A DNA stretch of 64,000 bases from an uncultured Bacilli bacterium (GTDB taxonomy: Bacteria > Bacillota_I > Bacilli_A > RF39 > UBA660): positions 107,558 through 171,557 of the forward strand of contig CAKORR010000001.1 of the NCBI GenBank assembly GCA_934101595.1. The letters are read 5' to 3'. The notes under the pieces are model-generated. The model saw nothing but the letters and a program-made list of their open reading frames with translations. It had not been told where the DNA came from and searched no databases. This document shows, in pieces, positions 9,779-20,793 of this stretch. The stretch's first letter is position 1; each line of letters opens with the position of its first letter. The translations under genes and the position numbers were made by a program.

Positions 9779-10967
9779 TTTTCCCTACTATTATTCCCGT
9801 AATCCAGGCGTTCATTAAATTATAACCACCGCAAACGCCATCAATATCCAAAAGTTCCCCAGTAATAAATAAATTCGGAATTCTTTTGGACTCTAATCTG
9901 TCTATGTAAACTTCATTTAAATCTAATCCTCCTGATGTAACTTGAGAATCCAAAAATGATTTATATCCAGTTATATTTAGGCAGAATGCTTGTAAATTAT
10001 TTATTAAACGTTTTAATTCTGTCTCTGAAAGAGAACTTACAATTTTTTCTTCGTTTATTTCGGATTTTTTTAAAATTATTTTCACCACTTTATAATTAAT
10101 TAAGCTTTCTAAAAACTCCATGATCGTACTATTTGGCATTAGTTTTTTTCGTTTTTCAATAAAAGCAAAATGATCAGATGTAAATGGTAAAAAATCTATT
10201 TTAATTTCTTCGTGGTTGTTATTTGCTAGGCCTCTTATAATACCACTGCTTAAATTGAAAATGCATATACCACTTACACCATAATCAGTAAGTTGGATTT
10301 CGCCTTTCTCTTCTTTTTTTAACTTTCCGTCTTCAAACCATTTAACAGATACATCACATCTAATTTTAGCCCATTTATCAAAATATGTTTCACTGCCCTT
10401 TAGTTGGACAAGTGATGGAAGGGGTTTTATTATTTTATGACCAAAACTTTTCAATAGTTTATAGCCATTAAACATATCGGCATCCTTTAATGCTGATTTA
10501 CTTCCTGTTGATAGTACAAGATAATCACATTCAAAATCATTATTTACAATAAATTTATTAGATTTTCTTTCAATAGTGTTTACAAAAATATTGGTCTTTA
10601 TATTAACTCCACAACTTTCAGCTTCATTAATTAATGATTCTTTCATGCAATAAGAATTATTAGCAAATGGATAACAATAGCCATTTTTTACTTTTGGAAC
10701 AATACCAATATTTTCAAAAAATTCTTTAGCTTCATTTATATTATCTTCGCTAAATATCATTTTAGCTAATTCTTTATTTTCACTATTAATCTTAGTTTCA
10801 TCAAAATATTCATTAAAATAATTACATTTTCCATTACCAGTTAATAATAGCTTTTTTAGTACTTCATTATTTTTTTCTAAAATTGTAACATCAAGCCCTC
10901 TTTTTTTGGCATAAATACCTGCAACTATACCAGATGCTCCCCCACCTATAATAAGTAACTTTTTCAT
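9759..10967 (-). CDS. HI0933/BaiN-like NAD(P)/FAD-dependent flavoprotein
   Basis: 402 aa. Begins MKKLLIIGGGASGIVAGIYAKKRGLDVTILEKNN and ends GELLDIDGVCGGYNL, typical of the HI0933 family. Confidence 0.7.
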   Translation of the reverse strand: MKKLLIIGGGASGIVAGIYAKKRGLDVTILEKNNEVLKKLLLTGNGKCNYFNEYFDETKINSENKELAKMIFSEDNINEAKEFFENIGIVPKVKNGYCYPFANNSYCMKESLINEAESCGVNIKTNIFVNTIERKSNKFIVNNDFECDYLVLSTGSKSALKDADMFNGYKLLKSFGHKIIKPLPSLVQLKGSETYFDKWAKIRCDVSVKWFEDGKLKKEEKGEIQLTDYGVSGICIFNLSSGIIRGLANNNHEEIKIDFLPFTSDHFAFIEKRKKLMPNSTIMEFLESLINYKVVKIILKKSEINEEKIVSSLSETELKRLINNLQAFCLNITGYKSFLDSQVTSGGLDLNEVYIDRLESKRIPNLFITGELLDIDGVCGGYNLMNAWITGIIVGKSVGKND

Positions 10968-11019
10968 AAATTCACCTTTTTCATTAATATTTTAGCAAAA
11001 ACATTAACGATAAGTAAAG

Positions 11020-11352
11020 CTATTCTGTTTTCTGCTTATTCGAAGATAAAAATGTTACTTTTTCAGCTATAACATCAACGCTATACTTCTTTTCACCATT
11101 TTTTTCATAAGAAGAAGTTTGAATTCTTCCTTTAATACCAACTATATCTCCCTTTTTGCAATATTCTTTAGTATTTGAAGCAACTTGATTCCATAAAATA
11201 CATCTTATATAATCCGTATCATAAAGCCCATCACTGTTTTTAAAAGATCTAGCTACGGCTAAATTAACAGTCGTCTTTTTCTTTCCTCCTTCCATTTCCA
11301 CAACAGCCGGATCTTCAACTAATCTTCCAACTAAAACAACTTGATTTAACAT
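11020..11352 (-). CDS. single-stranded DNA-binding protein, short form lacking the acidic C-terminal tail
   Basis: 110 aa OB-fold beginning MLNQVVLVGRLVEDPAV. There is no D/E-rich tail with a terminal DDDIPF-like motif. Confidence 0.65.
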   Translation of the reverse strand: MLNQVVLVGRLVEDPAVVEMEGGKKKTTVNLAVARSFKNSDGLYDTDYIRCILWNQVASNTKEYCKKGDIVGIKGRIQTSSYEKNGEKKYSVDVIAEKVTFLSSNKQKTE

Positions 11353-11454
11353 AATAATTCTCCTTTCAAAAGTGTTATATCAATAAACAAAAAAAATAGC
11401 AAAACGCTAAAATTGTTTAATTAAAGTAAAACGATTACCAAAATATTATTTTAG

Positions 11455-11484
11455 CAAACAAAAAGATAAGATTTTGATCTTACC
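11455..11484 (-). terminator. intrinsic terminator downstream of sufB
   Basis: Minus-strand hairpin GGTAAGAT-CAAA-ATCTTATC followed by TTTTGTTTG. Also hairpin-plus-U-run on the plus strand. Confidence 0.5.
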
Positions 11485-11509
11485 TTTTTGCTAAAAAACA
11501 AATTTAATA

Positions 11510-12817
11510 CTATCGACAATTTAATAATCTATTTAACTCAACTGCGTACTCCATAGGAAGTTCCTTTTTAAAATCACTAATAAATCCCATTATAAGTAAC
11601 TCAACTGCTCGTTCTTCGGATAATCCTTTGCTTTGTAAATAAAACAGTTCTTCCTTTTTTAGTTTAGATACAGTAGCTTCATGTTCTAATGTTGAGGTGT
11701 TATTCTTTACTATATTTTTAGGGTATGTATCACTCTTTGAAGTATCATCAAGTAATAGTGTATCACACTTTATAACAGCTTTACTATTAATTGCACTTTC
11801 TTCTATTTTACTTACCCCTCTATAATTAGCAATCCCACCATCTTTAGCTATTGATTTACTCACTATGTTACTTCTAGTATTTTTACCAATATGAATCATT
11901 TTAGCTCCAGCATCAAGTGTTTGGCCTTCTTTAGCATAAGCAATACTTATTGAATTACCAACAGCATTATTTCCTATTAAAATACATGATGGATATTTCA
12001 TTGTAACTTTACTGCCTATGTTACCATCAACCCACTCCATTTTGGCATCATCATAAACAATCGCCCTTTTGGTAACCAAATTATAAACATCCAATGACCA
12101 ATTTTGAATTGTTGAATAACGCATTCTGGCATTATTTAACACAAAGATCTCAACCACTCCAGCATGTAATGAATTTGAGGAATAACTTCTAGCCGTACAG
12201 CCTTCAATATAATCAAGCTCTGCATGTTCATCAACTATAATAATTGTTCGTTCAAATTGACCTAAAGCTTCACTTTCAATTCGAAAATAGCTTTGAAGAG
12301 GTCTATCCAGTTTAGTATATGGTGGAACATATATAAAACTACCCCCACTCCATAGCGCTCCATTTAAAGCAGTAAATTTATTCTCATCATACTTTACCAA
12401 AGTGTTAAAATACTTTTTAAATAAATCAGGATATTTTTTTAAAGCATCATCAGTACTTAAAAAAATAACACCACTATCAAATTTATTTTTGTGATAAACA
12501 ACTTCACTTTCATATTGGTTAGTTACTCCGCCTAAGTATTTTTTTTCAGCATCAATAACACCTAAATCACAAAACTTTTTTTCTATTCCTTTGTCAACTT
12601 TGCTCCAATCGTCATAACTTTCGGAAACATCAGATTTATAATACATTATTTTGTCAAAATCAATATCTATATCAGGGCCAAAAGAAGGATTATCTAATTC
12701 TAAAAATTTATGATAAGCTTTTAATCTAAAATCAAGCATCCATTTTGGTTCCTTTTTTTTATTTGAAAGCTTGCGTATAAAATCTTCATTAAGTTTTTCC
12801 AATTTAACCACTTCCAA
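11510..12817 (-). CDS. sufB: Fe-S cluster assembly protein SufB (SufB/SufD family), stand-alone
   Basis: 435 aa with a C-terminal ...GFISDFKKELPMEYAVELNRLL matching the SufB C-terminal consensus. No sufC/D/S/U genes are adjacent. Confidence 0.6.
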   Translation of the reverse strand: MEVVKLEKLNEDFIRKLSNKKKEPKWMLDFRLKAYHKFLELDNPSFGPDIDIDFDKIMYYKSDVSESYDDWSKVDKGIEKKFCDLGVIDAEKKYLGGVTNQYESEVVYHKNKFDSGVIFLSTDDALKKYPDLFKKYFNTLVKYDENKFTALNGALWSGGSFIYVPPYTKLDRPLQSYFRIESEALGQFERTIIIVDEHAELDYIEGCTARSYSSNSLHAGVVEIFVLNNARMRYSTIQNWSLDVYNLVTKRAIVYDDAKMEWVDGNIGSKVTMKYPSCILIGNNAVGNSISIAYAKEGQTLDAGAKMIHIGKNTRSNIVSKSIAKDGGIANYRGVSKIEESAINSKAVIKCDTLLLDDTSKSDTYPKNIVKNNTSTLEHEATVSKLKKEELFYLQSKGLSEERAVELLIMGFISDFKKELPMEYAVELNRLLNCR

Positions 12818-12899
12818 AAAATATAATACACTATAATTTAATTTAAAACAATTGTATTTTTCTTACTTTTTTGTTACTATTATAAGGTAGGAGACTAAT

Positions 12900-13565
12900 A
12901 TGAAGAATATGGATAATGAAAATTATGACAACGACTTATTTTTTGATAACCTTAAAAATGATTATCCGCAGTTGGCTCAAATTAAGGTAAAAGAAAATGT
13001 CTTAACTTACAAAGATTATATTTTATCATTAAAAGGTTTTTCTTTATGTAGTTTAAAAAAAGAGACATTCTTATTGCTTCCATATGATTTTATAAATATT
13101 ATTAAAATACATCTAGATGTTTTAGAAGAAAATAATTATTTAGAAAAAAATGACTTTAACATAAATTATGCTTATTTAAGAATTCGAACTTATTTAGTTA
13201 AAAACCTTCTAACTGGTGATGAAATAGAAGAAATAAAATTTTTCATCCAATCATTTTTAGTATTGTTTAAAAATCAAGATTATTTAGTTGATAAAGCTTT
13301 GGATAAATTTATAAACATGCAAAATATTATTCGCGATTCACTTTACGATGCGAAACTAGATACTCCCGGAATTAGAATGATAAAGAATGAGTTAAATGGT
13401 AGTGATTTTTTAAAGGAAAAAGGCCCTAAACTAGTTTTAATAAATAGCAATTATCCAGAAACTATTAATTCAAAAGTAGGTAAAGAAGGATTTGGAGCCA
13501 CCACTCTAATAATTTACATTGTTATTAATATAGGAATTATTTTAGCTGTATTTTTACTTAAATAA
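12900..13565 (+). CDS. hypothetical protein with C-terminal TM helix
   Basis: 221 aa. One of only two clear plus-strand genes in the first 59 kb. Has a GGAG-type RBS and a C-terminal hydrophobic segment. Confidence 0.4.
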   Translation: MKNMDNENYDNDLFFDNLKNDYPQLAQIKVKENVLTYKDYILSLKGFSLCSLKKETFLLLPYDFINIIKIHLDVLEENNYLEKNDFNINYAYLRIRTYLVKNLLTGDEIEEIKFFIQSFLVLFKNQDYLVDKALDKFINMQNIIRDSLYDAKLDTPGIRMIKNELNGSDFLKEKGPKLVLINSNYPETINSKVGKEGFGATTLIIYIVINIGIILAVFLLK

Positions 13566-13593
13566 AAAGGATATTGGGTTAACCAATATCTTT

Positions 13594-16500
13594 TTATAAA
13601 CATTTAATCCTTTTTATAGCATCATATCTATTAAATGAAGGATATACTCTTACAATTTGAGTGCTATTTGGAATAGTTAAAATAGTCAAATAATTCTCGC
13701 CATTTAAACCAATATTTTCAAGATAAATAGAATAAATGTCATAGCCATTACTTTTTATAAATGTATCTTTTGATAACTTACTTTGGGCAAATTCTAAAAC
13801 CGTAATAATATCATATAAATCACTATTAATTAGATCTATAGAAGCATTAATTAATCTTTCAAAACTATAATCGCAAATTTGATTTTTACCATAAGTTTCT
13901 TTTCCATAAAATGAAACAGGTAACATTATGTTTAAAGCCTTTGACAAGTACGTGTATGTAAGTGTTGCATTTGCACTTGATGATTCAGCACGCATTAAAT
14001 CATTATTTAAGAAAAAAGCTTCTTCTAAATTGTTTTCATGAATGTACAAACTAACTAACTCACTTTTTGCATCAATATTATAGTTTACAGTAGATAAATC
14101 TTTTAAAAGCTTTTTGGCTAAATCATATTCCCCTAAAATAACATAAATTCTGGCAAGTTCCATTTTGGCATTATAACAATTACTAATATTTATGCAGCTT
14201 TCTAAAAACTTTTTAGCATTAATAAAATCTTCTTCGTAAATATAAGCCATGGCTAAATAAAAATACTTTTCTGTATCATATTTACTATTATTTATACTAC
14301 TTAATAATTCTAAACCTTTTTCTGGATTATCAAATTCCGTTAAAAATCTTCCTCTACACAACTTTATTAAATCAATATCAGCATTGTTTTTTTCTAAATT
14401 ATGAATGTAAATTTCAGCTTGAGATTTATCATGCTCTAATAGAGCTATTTCAAAGAGTTGTACTATCACAGTGTTTTTCATATTGTCATCATCAATTTCT
14501 AATAAATAACGTTTTGCTTCTTTATATAATTTCTCTTTTTTAGATTTTATACCCAATTTTAATAAAGAATCATTATCAATTTTTTCTTTCTTTATGCCAC
14601 CGTTTAGGGCAAGATTATAACATTCATTTGATTTATCAAAGTCTCTTAATATAGCATATATTCTAGATTCATTCATATAAGCCATTTTTTTATCCTCAGC
14701 TGATGTTGATTCAACGATTATTAACTCATAGTATTTTAAAGCTTCAGAAAAATTATTTAATGCAGAATATAAATTACCAAGTTCTAATAAAGCATATAAT
14801 CTATTATCAGTCATAAGTATGTTTTTAAATATTAAGATTGCCTCATTATATTCTCCTAATTTAGTTTTTATTTTGCCGTACTGTAAATAAGCCATATTAT
14901 TAACAGGAGGATTTATTAGAGGCTTTAAAACTTCTATAGCTTTTTTGTAATCCCCTAATTTATATAAAATACATGCATATTTTAAATATATATAATCAAA
15001 TACTCTGGTATTAGGCGTATTTTTAACTAGTTCTTCTATATATTTTAAAGCTTCTTGGTAATTATTTTCTTTTTCTAAAATTGAAACCATCATATATAAT
15101 GATTCGTCACAATTAAAATCTTCATTCAAATATACTTCATTAAATATTCTTTTAGCATTTTCATAATCATTCATTTGCAAATAACAGTTACTTAATTTTA
15201 AAAGTGCCTTAGCTTTATAAATACTATTTTTTTGATCTAACTCATGAAAACACTTTTCGGCTTTCTCTAAATTATTTTTCATCAAAGCAAGTTCTCCTTG
15301 CAATAATATATATAAATCTTTATTTATAGTGGGCCTTTTTAATATTTCACTAGCTAGAATTTCTAATGATTCACTATCTAATAAATTATAATCTAAGAAA
15401 TCATTAACAGTTTTTTCAAATAAATAAGTACCTTTTAATTCTAATAATAAATCACGAGCTTTTTTAAAGTCTTTATTTATGAGCGCTATTCTAGCGTATA
15501 AATATTTGCATCTAATAACGTCATTATAATTATTAGATCTTTTTAAAATTTCTATAACTTCTTCGGCTTCATCTATTTTTCTTAAGATTACATAAATAAC
15601 AGCTTTTTCATATAAGGCTTTATAATAGGACTTGCTATTTGGCAAAACTTTTTCAAGGCTTGATAATGCCAAATCATATTTAGATTCATTGCGATATAAT
15701 TTACTTAATTCAATCAAGGCTTCATTTTTATCAAATGAATTACTATCAATTAATTCTTTAAGAATGCGTTTTGATTCATCATATTCTTTAGCATGGAAAT
15801 AGTATCTTGCTTCATCTAGTTTCCCAAAATCTGTATTATTAATCTCACGTAATTTTTTAAAACATAGATTGGCATTTTCTCTATCATGTATAAGTAAATA
15901 AACCTTAGCCATTTCTAAGTAAGCCTCGGACTTATCACGCACAGTTCCATTTAAAGCTTTGTTTGCCCATGATAAAGCACTTTCATAATTAGATAAGTTT
16001 CGCTCACAAACAGACATACCTAAATATGCAATATTTTTGTCTCTCTCTTTACCTTTTAACATTTCTTGATAATATTCTTCACTCTTTATTAAATTACCAC
16101 TAAATTTTTCTATATTGGCTAGAAAATTAATAACTTTAAATTTTATTCCACTTATATTTGTTGATAATTCCAAATGCTTTCTTGCTTTATCATATAGACC
16201 TAACTTATAACAAGTTCTTCCATAATTAAAATTACGATATTTGTCCATCTTATCATCCAAGTTTTTTTCGTAATATTTTAAAGCGTTTTCATAATCATTT
16301 ATTATATACAAAACATTACCCATTGCTCTATTTGCATTAAAGTTTTTTTCATCTGTTAAAACAGCTTTTTTTGCCCATGATAATGATTCTTTTGTGTTTC
16401 CTTCTGCCAAATATACGTCAGATAACTCAGTATAAATACTTACTGCCTTCCTTCTAGATAATTCAAAATTATCTGCTATATATAAAAGAGTTTCAAGCTG

Positions 16501-16908
16501 TTTATCTCTATTTCTTGTATTTCTATAATAATCTACTAAGATAAACTGAGCATAAAGATTAGTTTTATAATTATTAATTTGTCTTAAATAAAAATTAAAA
16601 TTAGTTTTATCGCTTTCACTCTTAGGCTTTTTTAAAATATTATCTTTTTTTATTCTTTCACCATACATTTTAGCTAATAAATATGCAGCTTTAGATCTAG
16701 AGTCTTTGTTTTCCATCGTATTAAAAACTAATATTGCGTCATCAAAAAAGCCTAAATTGTAATATGAATTAAACAAAATATCTTTCATGTAATTATAAGA
16801 AAGTAATTCAGTGTTCTCGTTTATAATTTTTATTAACCCTTCATAGTCTTCTTTTTTTAAAAGTTCGTTTACAATACATCGAAAATCTTCGTATTTATAA
16901 TTATCCAT
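13594..16908 (-). CDS. large tetratricopeptide-repeat (TPR) protein
   Basis: 1104 aa. The A/Y/L/K-rich 34-residue periodicity is visible throughout, e.g. ...AEGNTKESLSWAKKAV..., ...LGDYKKAIEVLKPLIN.... Confidence 0.65.
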   Translation of the reverse strand: MDNYKYEDFRCIVNELLKKEDYEGLIKIINENTELLSYNYMKDILFNSYYNLGFFDDAILVFNTMENKDSRSKAAYLLAKMYGERIKKDNILKKPKSESDKTNFNFYLRQINNYKTNLYAQFILVDYYRNTRNRDKQLETLLYIADNFELSRRKAVSIYTELSDVYLAEGNTKESLSWAKKAVLTDEKNFNANRAMGNVLYIINDYENALKYYEKNLDDKMDKYRNFNYGRTCYKLGLYDKARKHLELSTNISGIKFKVINFLANIEKFSGNLIKSEEYYQEMLKGKERDKNIAYLGMSVCERNLSNYESALSWANKALNGTVRDKSEAYLEMAKVYLLIHDRENANLCFKKLREINNTDFGKLDEARYYFHAKEYDESKRILKELIDSNSFDKNEALIELSKLYRNESKYDLALSSLEKVLPNSKSYYKALYEKAVIYVILRKIDEAEEVIEILKRSNNYNDVIRCKYLYARIALINKDFKKARDLLLELKGTYLFEKTVNDFLDYNLLDSESLEILASEILKRPTINKDLYILLQGELALMKNNLEKAEKCFHELDQKNSIYKAKALLKLSNCYLQMNDYENAKRIFNEVYLNEDFNCDESLYMMVSILEKENNYQEALKYIEELVKNTPNTRVFDYIYLKYACILYKLGDYKKAIEVLKPLINPPVNNMAYLQYGKIKTKLGEYNEAILIFKNILMTDNRLYALLELGNLYSALNNFSEALKYYELIIVESTSAEDKKMAYMNESRIYAILRDFDKSNECYNLALNGGIKKEKIDNDSLLKLGIKSKKEKLYKEAKRYLLEIDDDNMKNTVIVQLFEIALLEHDKSQAEIYIHNLEKNNADIDLIKLCRGRFLTEFDNPEKGLELLSSINNSKYDTEKYFYLAMAYIYEEDFINAKKFLESCINISNCYNAKMELARIYVILGEYDLAKKLLKDLSTVNYNIDAKSELVSLYIHENNLEEAFFLNNDLMRAESSSANATLTYTYLSKALNIMLPVSFYGKETYGKNQICDYSFERLINASIDLINSDLYDIITVLEFAQSKLSKDTFIKSNGYDIYSIYLENIGLNGENYLTILTIPNSTQIVRVYPSFNRYDAIKRIKCL

Positions 16909-16915
16909 ATTCCCC

Positions 16916-17890
16916 CTACTTCTTAGTACTCAAAAATTCAAGTAGTATTTTTGGATCAGTTGGATTATTAACAATATTACTTAAAATATTGATAAAAGGA
17001 TATTTAATTTTTTTACTATGAATAATCGCATTTATTTCTTTTAAAGTATTAACGCCTTCCACCGTATTATTATTTAAATATTCTTTTAATTTAGATGAAT
17101 CTAATCCAGATCCAATCATATATCCATAAGTAAAATTTCTACTACTTGGAGATGTACAAGATAGTATTATATCACCAAATCCTGAAAAAGAAAGAATTGT
17201 TTTTTCTCTACCTCCCATTTTTTTAATAAATTTACGAATATCATTTAAGCTTTCTGTTAAAAACATAGCTTTAGTTGAATCCGAAACACCAAGGCCTTCT
17301 AAAATTCCCGATGCAATAGCTAAGACGTTTTTCATAGTACCACATAGCTCAACGCCCCTAAAGTCTTTAGTACGGCGCAACTTTAAGGTATCACTTTTTA
17401 ATGCTTTTAAAACAAGTTTATAAGTGACGTTATTACTAGCCGCCACACTAAGACCAACGTATGAATCATTAACTAAATCTTTGGCAAAACTAGGTCCTGA
17501 AATGGTACAAACCTTTTTTGTATTTAAAACTTCCTTAATGATTCGTGAAGCAAACTTATGAGTTTTTTCACAAATTCCTTTTGAAGCTATAACAATATGT
17601 TCCTTATTATAAAATGGTTTTATAAGTAAAGAAACATCTAAGACATATTTGCTTCCGACTGCTATAATTACTAACTGAACATCTTTGTAGGCTTCTTTTA
17701 TATCTGTAGATAAAGTTATGTTTTTTGGTAAGGTAAATGATGGCAAAGCATGCTCATTTTTTCGGGTGCTTTTTAAAGTTTCAATTTCCGATTTAACGCA
17801 ACTATATAAAGTAACTTTATTACCATTTTTATTTAATCTATAACTTAGTCCAAGGCCAAAAGCCCCGGCTCCAATAACTAGAATATTCAT
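16916..17890 (-). CDS. gpsA: NAD(P)H-dependent glycerol-3-phosphate dehydrogenase
   Basis: 324 aa. Begins MNILVIGAGAFGLGLS (Rossmann fold). Has the GpsA family motifs (GxxKNV...AIASG). Confidence 0.85.
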   Translation of the reverse strand: MNILVIGAGAFGLGLSYRLNKNGNKVTLYSCVKSEIETLKSTRKNEHALPSFTLPKNITLSTDIKEAYKDVQLVIIAVGSKYVLDVSLLIKPFYNKEHIVIASKGICEKTHKFASRIIKEVLNTKKVCTISGPSFAKDLVNDSYVGLSVAASNNVTYKLVLKALKSDTLKLRRTKDFRGVELCGTMKNVLAIASGILEGLGVSDSTKAMFLTESLNDIRKFIKKMGGREKTILSFSGFGDIILSCTSPSSRNFTYGYMIGSGLDSSKLKEYLNNNTVEGVNTLKEINAIIHSKKIKYPFINILSNIVNNPTDPKILLEFLSTKK

Positions 17891-17942
17891 ATAATCACCA
17901 ATTTAATATTATCATAATTAAATGTATTAAAAAAGAGTCCTT

Positions 17943-18197
17943 TTATTTGGACTCAACAATAAGTTTTATAGCTGTTTTTTCTTCGCCATTAATATTAATA
18001 TCATTAAAAGCTGGAATTAATACTAAGTTGCTTCCACTTGGGGCAACAAATCCCCTTGCAATCGCCACAGCCTTTATGGCTTGATTTAAACTTCCTGCTC
18101 CTATCGTTTGAATTTCAACCGTGCCATTATCTCTAAACATATTTGCTATCGCTCCGGCAACTTTGCTAGGATTTGACTTACTAGATACTTTTAACAT
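17943..18197 (-). CDS. spoVS: stage V sporulation protein S
   Basis: 84 aa, MLKVSSKSNPSKVAGAIANMFRDNGTVEIQTIGAGSLNQAIKAVAIARGF...: a near-canonical SpoVS sequence. Confidence 0.85.
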   Translation of the reverse strand: MLKVSSKSNPSKVAGAIANMFRDNGTVEIQTIGAGSLNQAIKAVAIARGFVAPSGSNLVLIPAFNDININGEEKTAIKLIVESK

Positions 18198-18259
18198 TTT
18201 TCCTCCTTAGTTTTATATTTAATAATATGATTTAAAAAGAAAAATATTAAAATAAATAA

Positions 18260-18847
18260 CTAATCATTTACCACTTTAATATACTCTATCACTGGTTGAT
18301 TTTTATACTCTACTGTACCATTATCATCAATAGCTTTAACGTCACTTATTTTTAATACAACATCCAACCCTGATGTAACAACACCAAAAGCTGCATACTT
18401 ACCATCAAGAAATGTGCTATCCTTAGTCACTATAAAAAATTGACTTGACGCTGAATCATAATCACTAGATCTGGCCATCGATATAACTCCCTTTTTATGA
18501 GAAATGTTATTGTTTACACCATTATCTTTAAACTCCCCTTTTATTTTGTTTTTACTACCACCTGTACCATTATGTAAAGGATCTCCACCTTGAATCATAA
18601 AATCCTTAATTATTCGATGAAATGTTAAATTATTATAAAAACCTTCATTTACTAAATTAACAAAGTTTGTAACTGTAATAGGTGCTACATCGGCATTTAA
18701 TTTTAAAATTATTTTTCCATAATCTTTAACAGACATTTCAACGTTAATAAACCCTCTTAATAATTTTTTATCACTTTTTTCAATTGTCACCTTACTACAT
18801 CCAGCTAGCAAAAATAACGATAACATTAACACAAATAATTTTTTCAT
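18260..18847 (-). CDS. cyclophilin-type peptidyl-prolyl cis-trans isomerase, lipoprotein
   Basis: Lipobox LLAGC. Cyclophilin motifs FHRIIKDFMIQGGDP and GKYAAFGVV. Confidence 0.8.
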   Translation of the reverse strand: MKKLFVLMLSLFLLAGCSKVTIEKSDKKLLRGFINVEMSVKDYGKIILKLNADVAPITVTNFVNLVNEGFYNNLTFHRIIKDFMIQGGDPLHNGTGGSKNKIKGEFKDNGVNNNISHKKGVISMARSSDYDSASSQFFIVTKDSTFLDGKYAAFGVVTSGLDVVLKISDVKAIDDNGTVEYKNQPVIEYIKVVND

Positions 18848-19542
18848 TTATTTAAAGTCCTTTCTAATTTCATAACTTCATCTGCAATTATGCCGTCACA
18901 TTGGCAATTTTTAAAGCGATGAAATAACTCTTCGGTTTCTTTATATAATAAAGTCCAAGTCCAAGCATACAATTTTTGCTCTGGCAACATATACTCTCTA
19001 TATTTTTTATAACCATATGGTTTAAAAAAATGCTCGCTTGATAAACCAATACCAAGACAATCATAAAATAGTTCCTTTTTTATAAGATCTTTTAAGCTTG
19101 TAAAAATTCTTGCAAGTATAATAATTTTTGATTCAGAAAAATGCTTCTTAACTTCCTCTAACAAAGAAATATCAAAGCTTTCAATTATATAGTTATCGGG
19201 ATTAAATTCTTTTAACAAAGGAATCAACATATCTTTTATTTTTTCAGTGTCAACGTAATCTTTAACATCTAATAATAAAGTCTTTCTTTCTTTTACTAAA
19301 TCATAAACTTCATTAATTGATAAGGCTTCTTTTTCATATTTCTTAATTTCCGAAAGCGAAAGCGTACTTATTTTCTTGCCTTTAATTATGGGATCATGAA
19401 TACATACAAATTTATTATCTTTAGTTAAATTTAAGTCTACTTCTATAATATCACAAGGAGAATCCAAAGCTTTCTTTATTTTACTTTCAGATACTACACC
19501 ACTGCCTTTTTTTATATTTGCAGCGTGAGAAATTATTTCCAT
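18844..19542 (-). CDS. glycerophosphodiester phosphodiesterase-like (GDPD/UgpQ-like) protein
   Basis: 232 aa, ...ISHAANIKKG...CDIIEVDLNLTKDNKFVCIHD, resembling the GDPD fold. Motifs are not fully canonical. Confidence 0.5.
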   Translation of the reverse strand: MEIISHAANIKKGSGVVSESKIKKALDSPCDIIEVDLNLTKDNKFVCIHDPIIKGKKISTLSLSEIKKYEKEALSINEVYDLVKERKTLLLDVKDYVDTEKIKDMLIPLLKEFNPDNYIIESFDISLLEEVKKHFSESKIIILARIFTSLKDLIKKELFYDCLGIGLSSEHFFKPYGYKKYREYMLPEQKLYAWTWTLLYKETEELFHRFKNCQCDGIIADEVMKLERTLNK

Positions 19543-19545
19543 ATT

Positions 19546-20793
19546 TTAATCTTGTTTTCCTTTCTTAAATAATTCATCATATATTTTCATTAATGCTAGC
19601 TTACCATACTCATAAGTCATTGAACCTTGTTGATATGCAACATAAGGACTTCTTATAGGGCCATCACATGATAGTTCTATACTTGATCCTTGAATAAATG
19701 AACCACTTGCCATTATTATTTCATCATCGTATCCCGGTGTACTAGTTGGCATTGGTATTACATTACTATCTATTAGAGAATATTTTTGAATTAATTTACA
19801 ATAATTTATTAATAAGTCTTTATCATTAAACATAATAGTAGTTACAATATCTACTCTCTTATCCTTGCTTTTAGGCTCTACTAAAATATTATTATCTTCC
19901 ATTAATTTACTAGTTAAAAGAGATATTTTAATACTTGATAAAACTACACTAGGAGCAAAAGCTAAACCTTGCAAAATACTTTTATTAGCTCCTAAACTAG
20001 GTCCAACTTCTTTAGCTTCCCCAACAACATTTAGCCTTTCACTACATAGTTTAATTAAATCTTTTCGACCTACTATATAGCCTCCATTTTCACAAATGCA
20101 ACCGCCTAAATTCTTTATTAGAGATCCTACACAAATATCAGCACCTACTTCGATAGGTTCCTCTTTATTTACAAATTCACAATAACAATTGTCTACCATA
20201 ACAATTATATTTCTATCTATCTCTTTTATTTTTTTTATAATTCGTTTAACTTTTTCGATAGATAAACTTTTTCTTAAGGAATAACCTTTACTTCTTTGGA
20301 TTTCTATCACTTTTACTTTATTATTTTTTATATAATTAATTATTTTTTCATCATCAAAGTCATTATTTTTTAAATCTATCTCATCATATTTTACTTGAAA
20401 ACTCATTAAAGAACTATCATTGTCTCTAATACCAATTACCTCATGTAAAGTATCATATGGTGTACCAGAAATTGATAATAATAAATCACCTGGCCTTAAG
20501 AGTGCAAATAAAGCCGTTTGGATAGCATGAGTTCCTGAAATAAATTGAGTTCTAACAAGGGCATCCTCCGCAGAGAAAATAGTTTTATAAGCCTCTTCAA
20601 TAGTATCTCTGCCTATATCGCCATAACCATACCCAGTTGTTTTATTAAAACTTGATTCTGACACATTACATTTTTTAAAAGCAGTTAATACCTTGTTTGA
20701 ATTATATAAACAAATATCTTCATAATAATCATAATCAAGATTTTCTTCTAGTTTCTTAAAGTATTCAATATTATTCATCTTTACCTCCATCAA
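19546..20793 (-). CDS. PLP-dependent methionine gamma-lyase-family / aluminium-resistance-family protein
   Basis: 415 aa, ...TGYGYGDIGRDTIEEAYKTIFSAEDALVRTQFISGTHAI..., typical of YnbB-like PLP enzymes. Confidence 0.55.
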   Translation of the reverse strand: MMEVKMNNIEYFKKLEENLDYDYYEDICLYNSNKVLTAFKKCNVSESSFNKTTGYGYGDIGRDTIEEAYKTIFSAEDALVRTQFISGTHAIQTALFALLRPGDLLLSISGTPYDTLHEVIGIRDNDSSLMSFQVKYDEIDLKNNDFDDEKIINYIKNNKVKVIEIQRSKGYSLRKSLSIEKVKRIIKKIKEIDRNIIVMVDNCYCEFVNKEEPIEVGADICVGSLIKNLGGCICENGGYIVGRKDLIKLCSERLNVVGEAKEVGPSLGANKSILQGLAFAPSVVLSSIKISLLTSKLMEDNNILVEPKSKDKRVDIVTTIMFNDKDLLINYCKLIQKYSLIDSNVIPMPTSTPGYDDEIIMASGSFIQGSSIELSCDGPIRSPYVAYQQGSMTYEYGKLALMKIYDELFKKGKQD

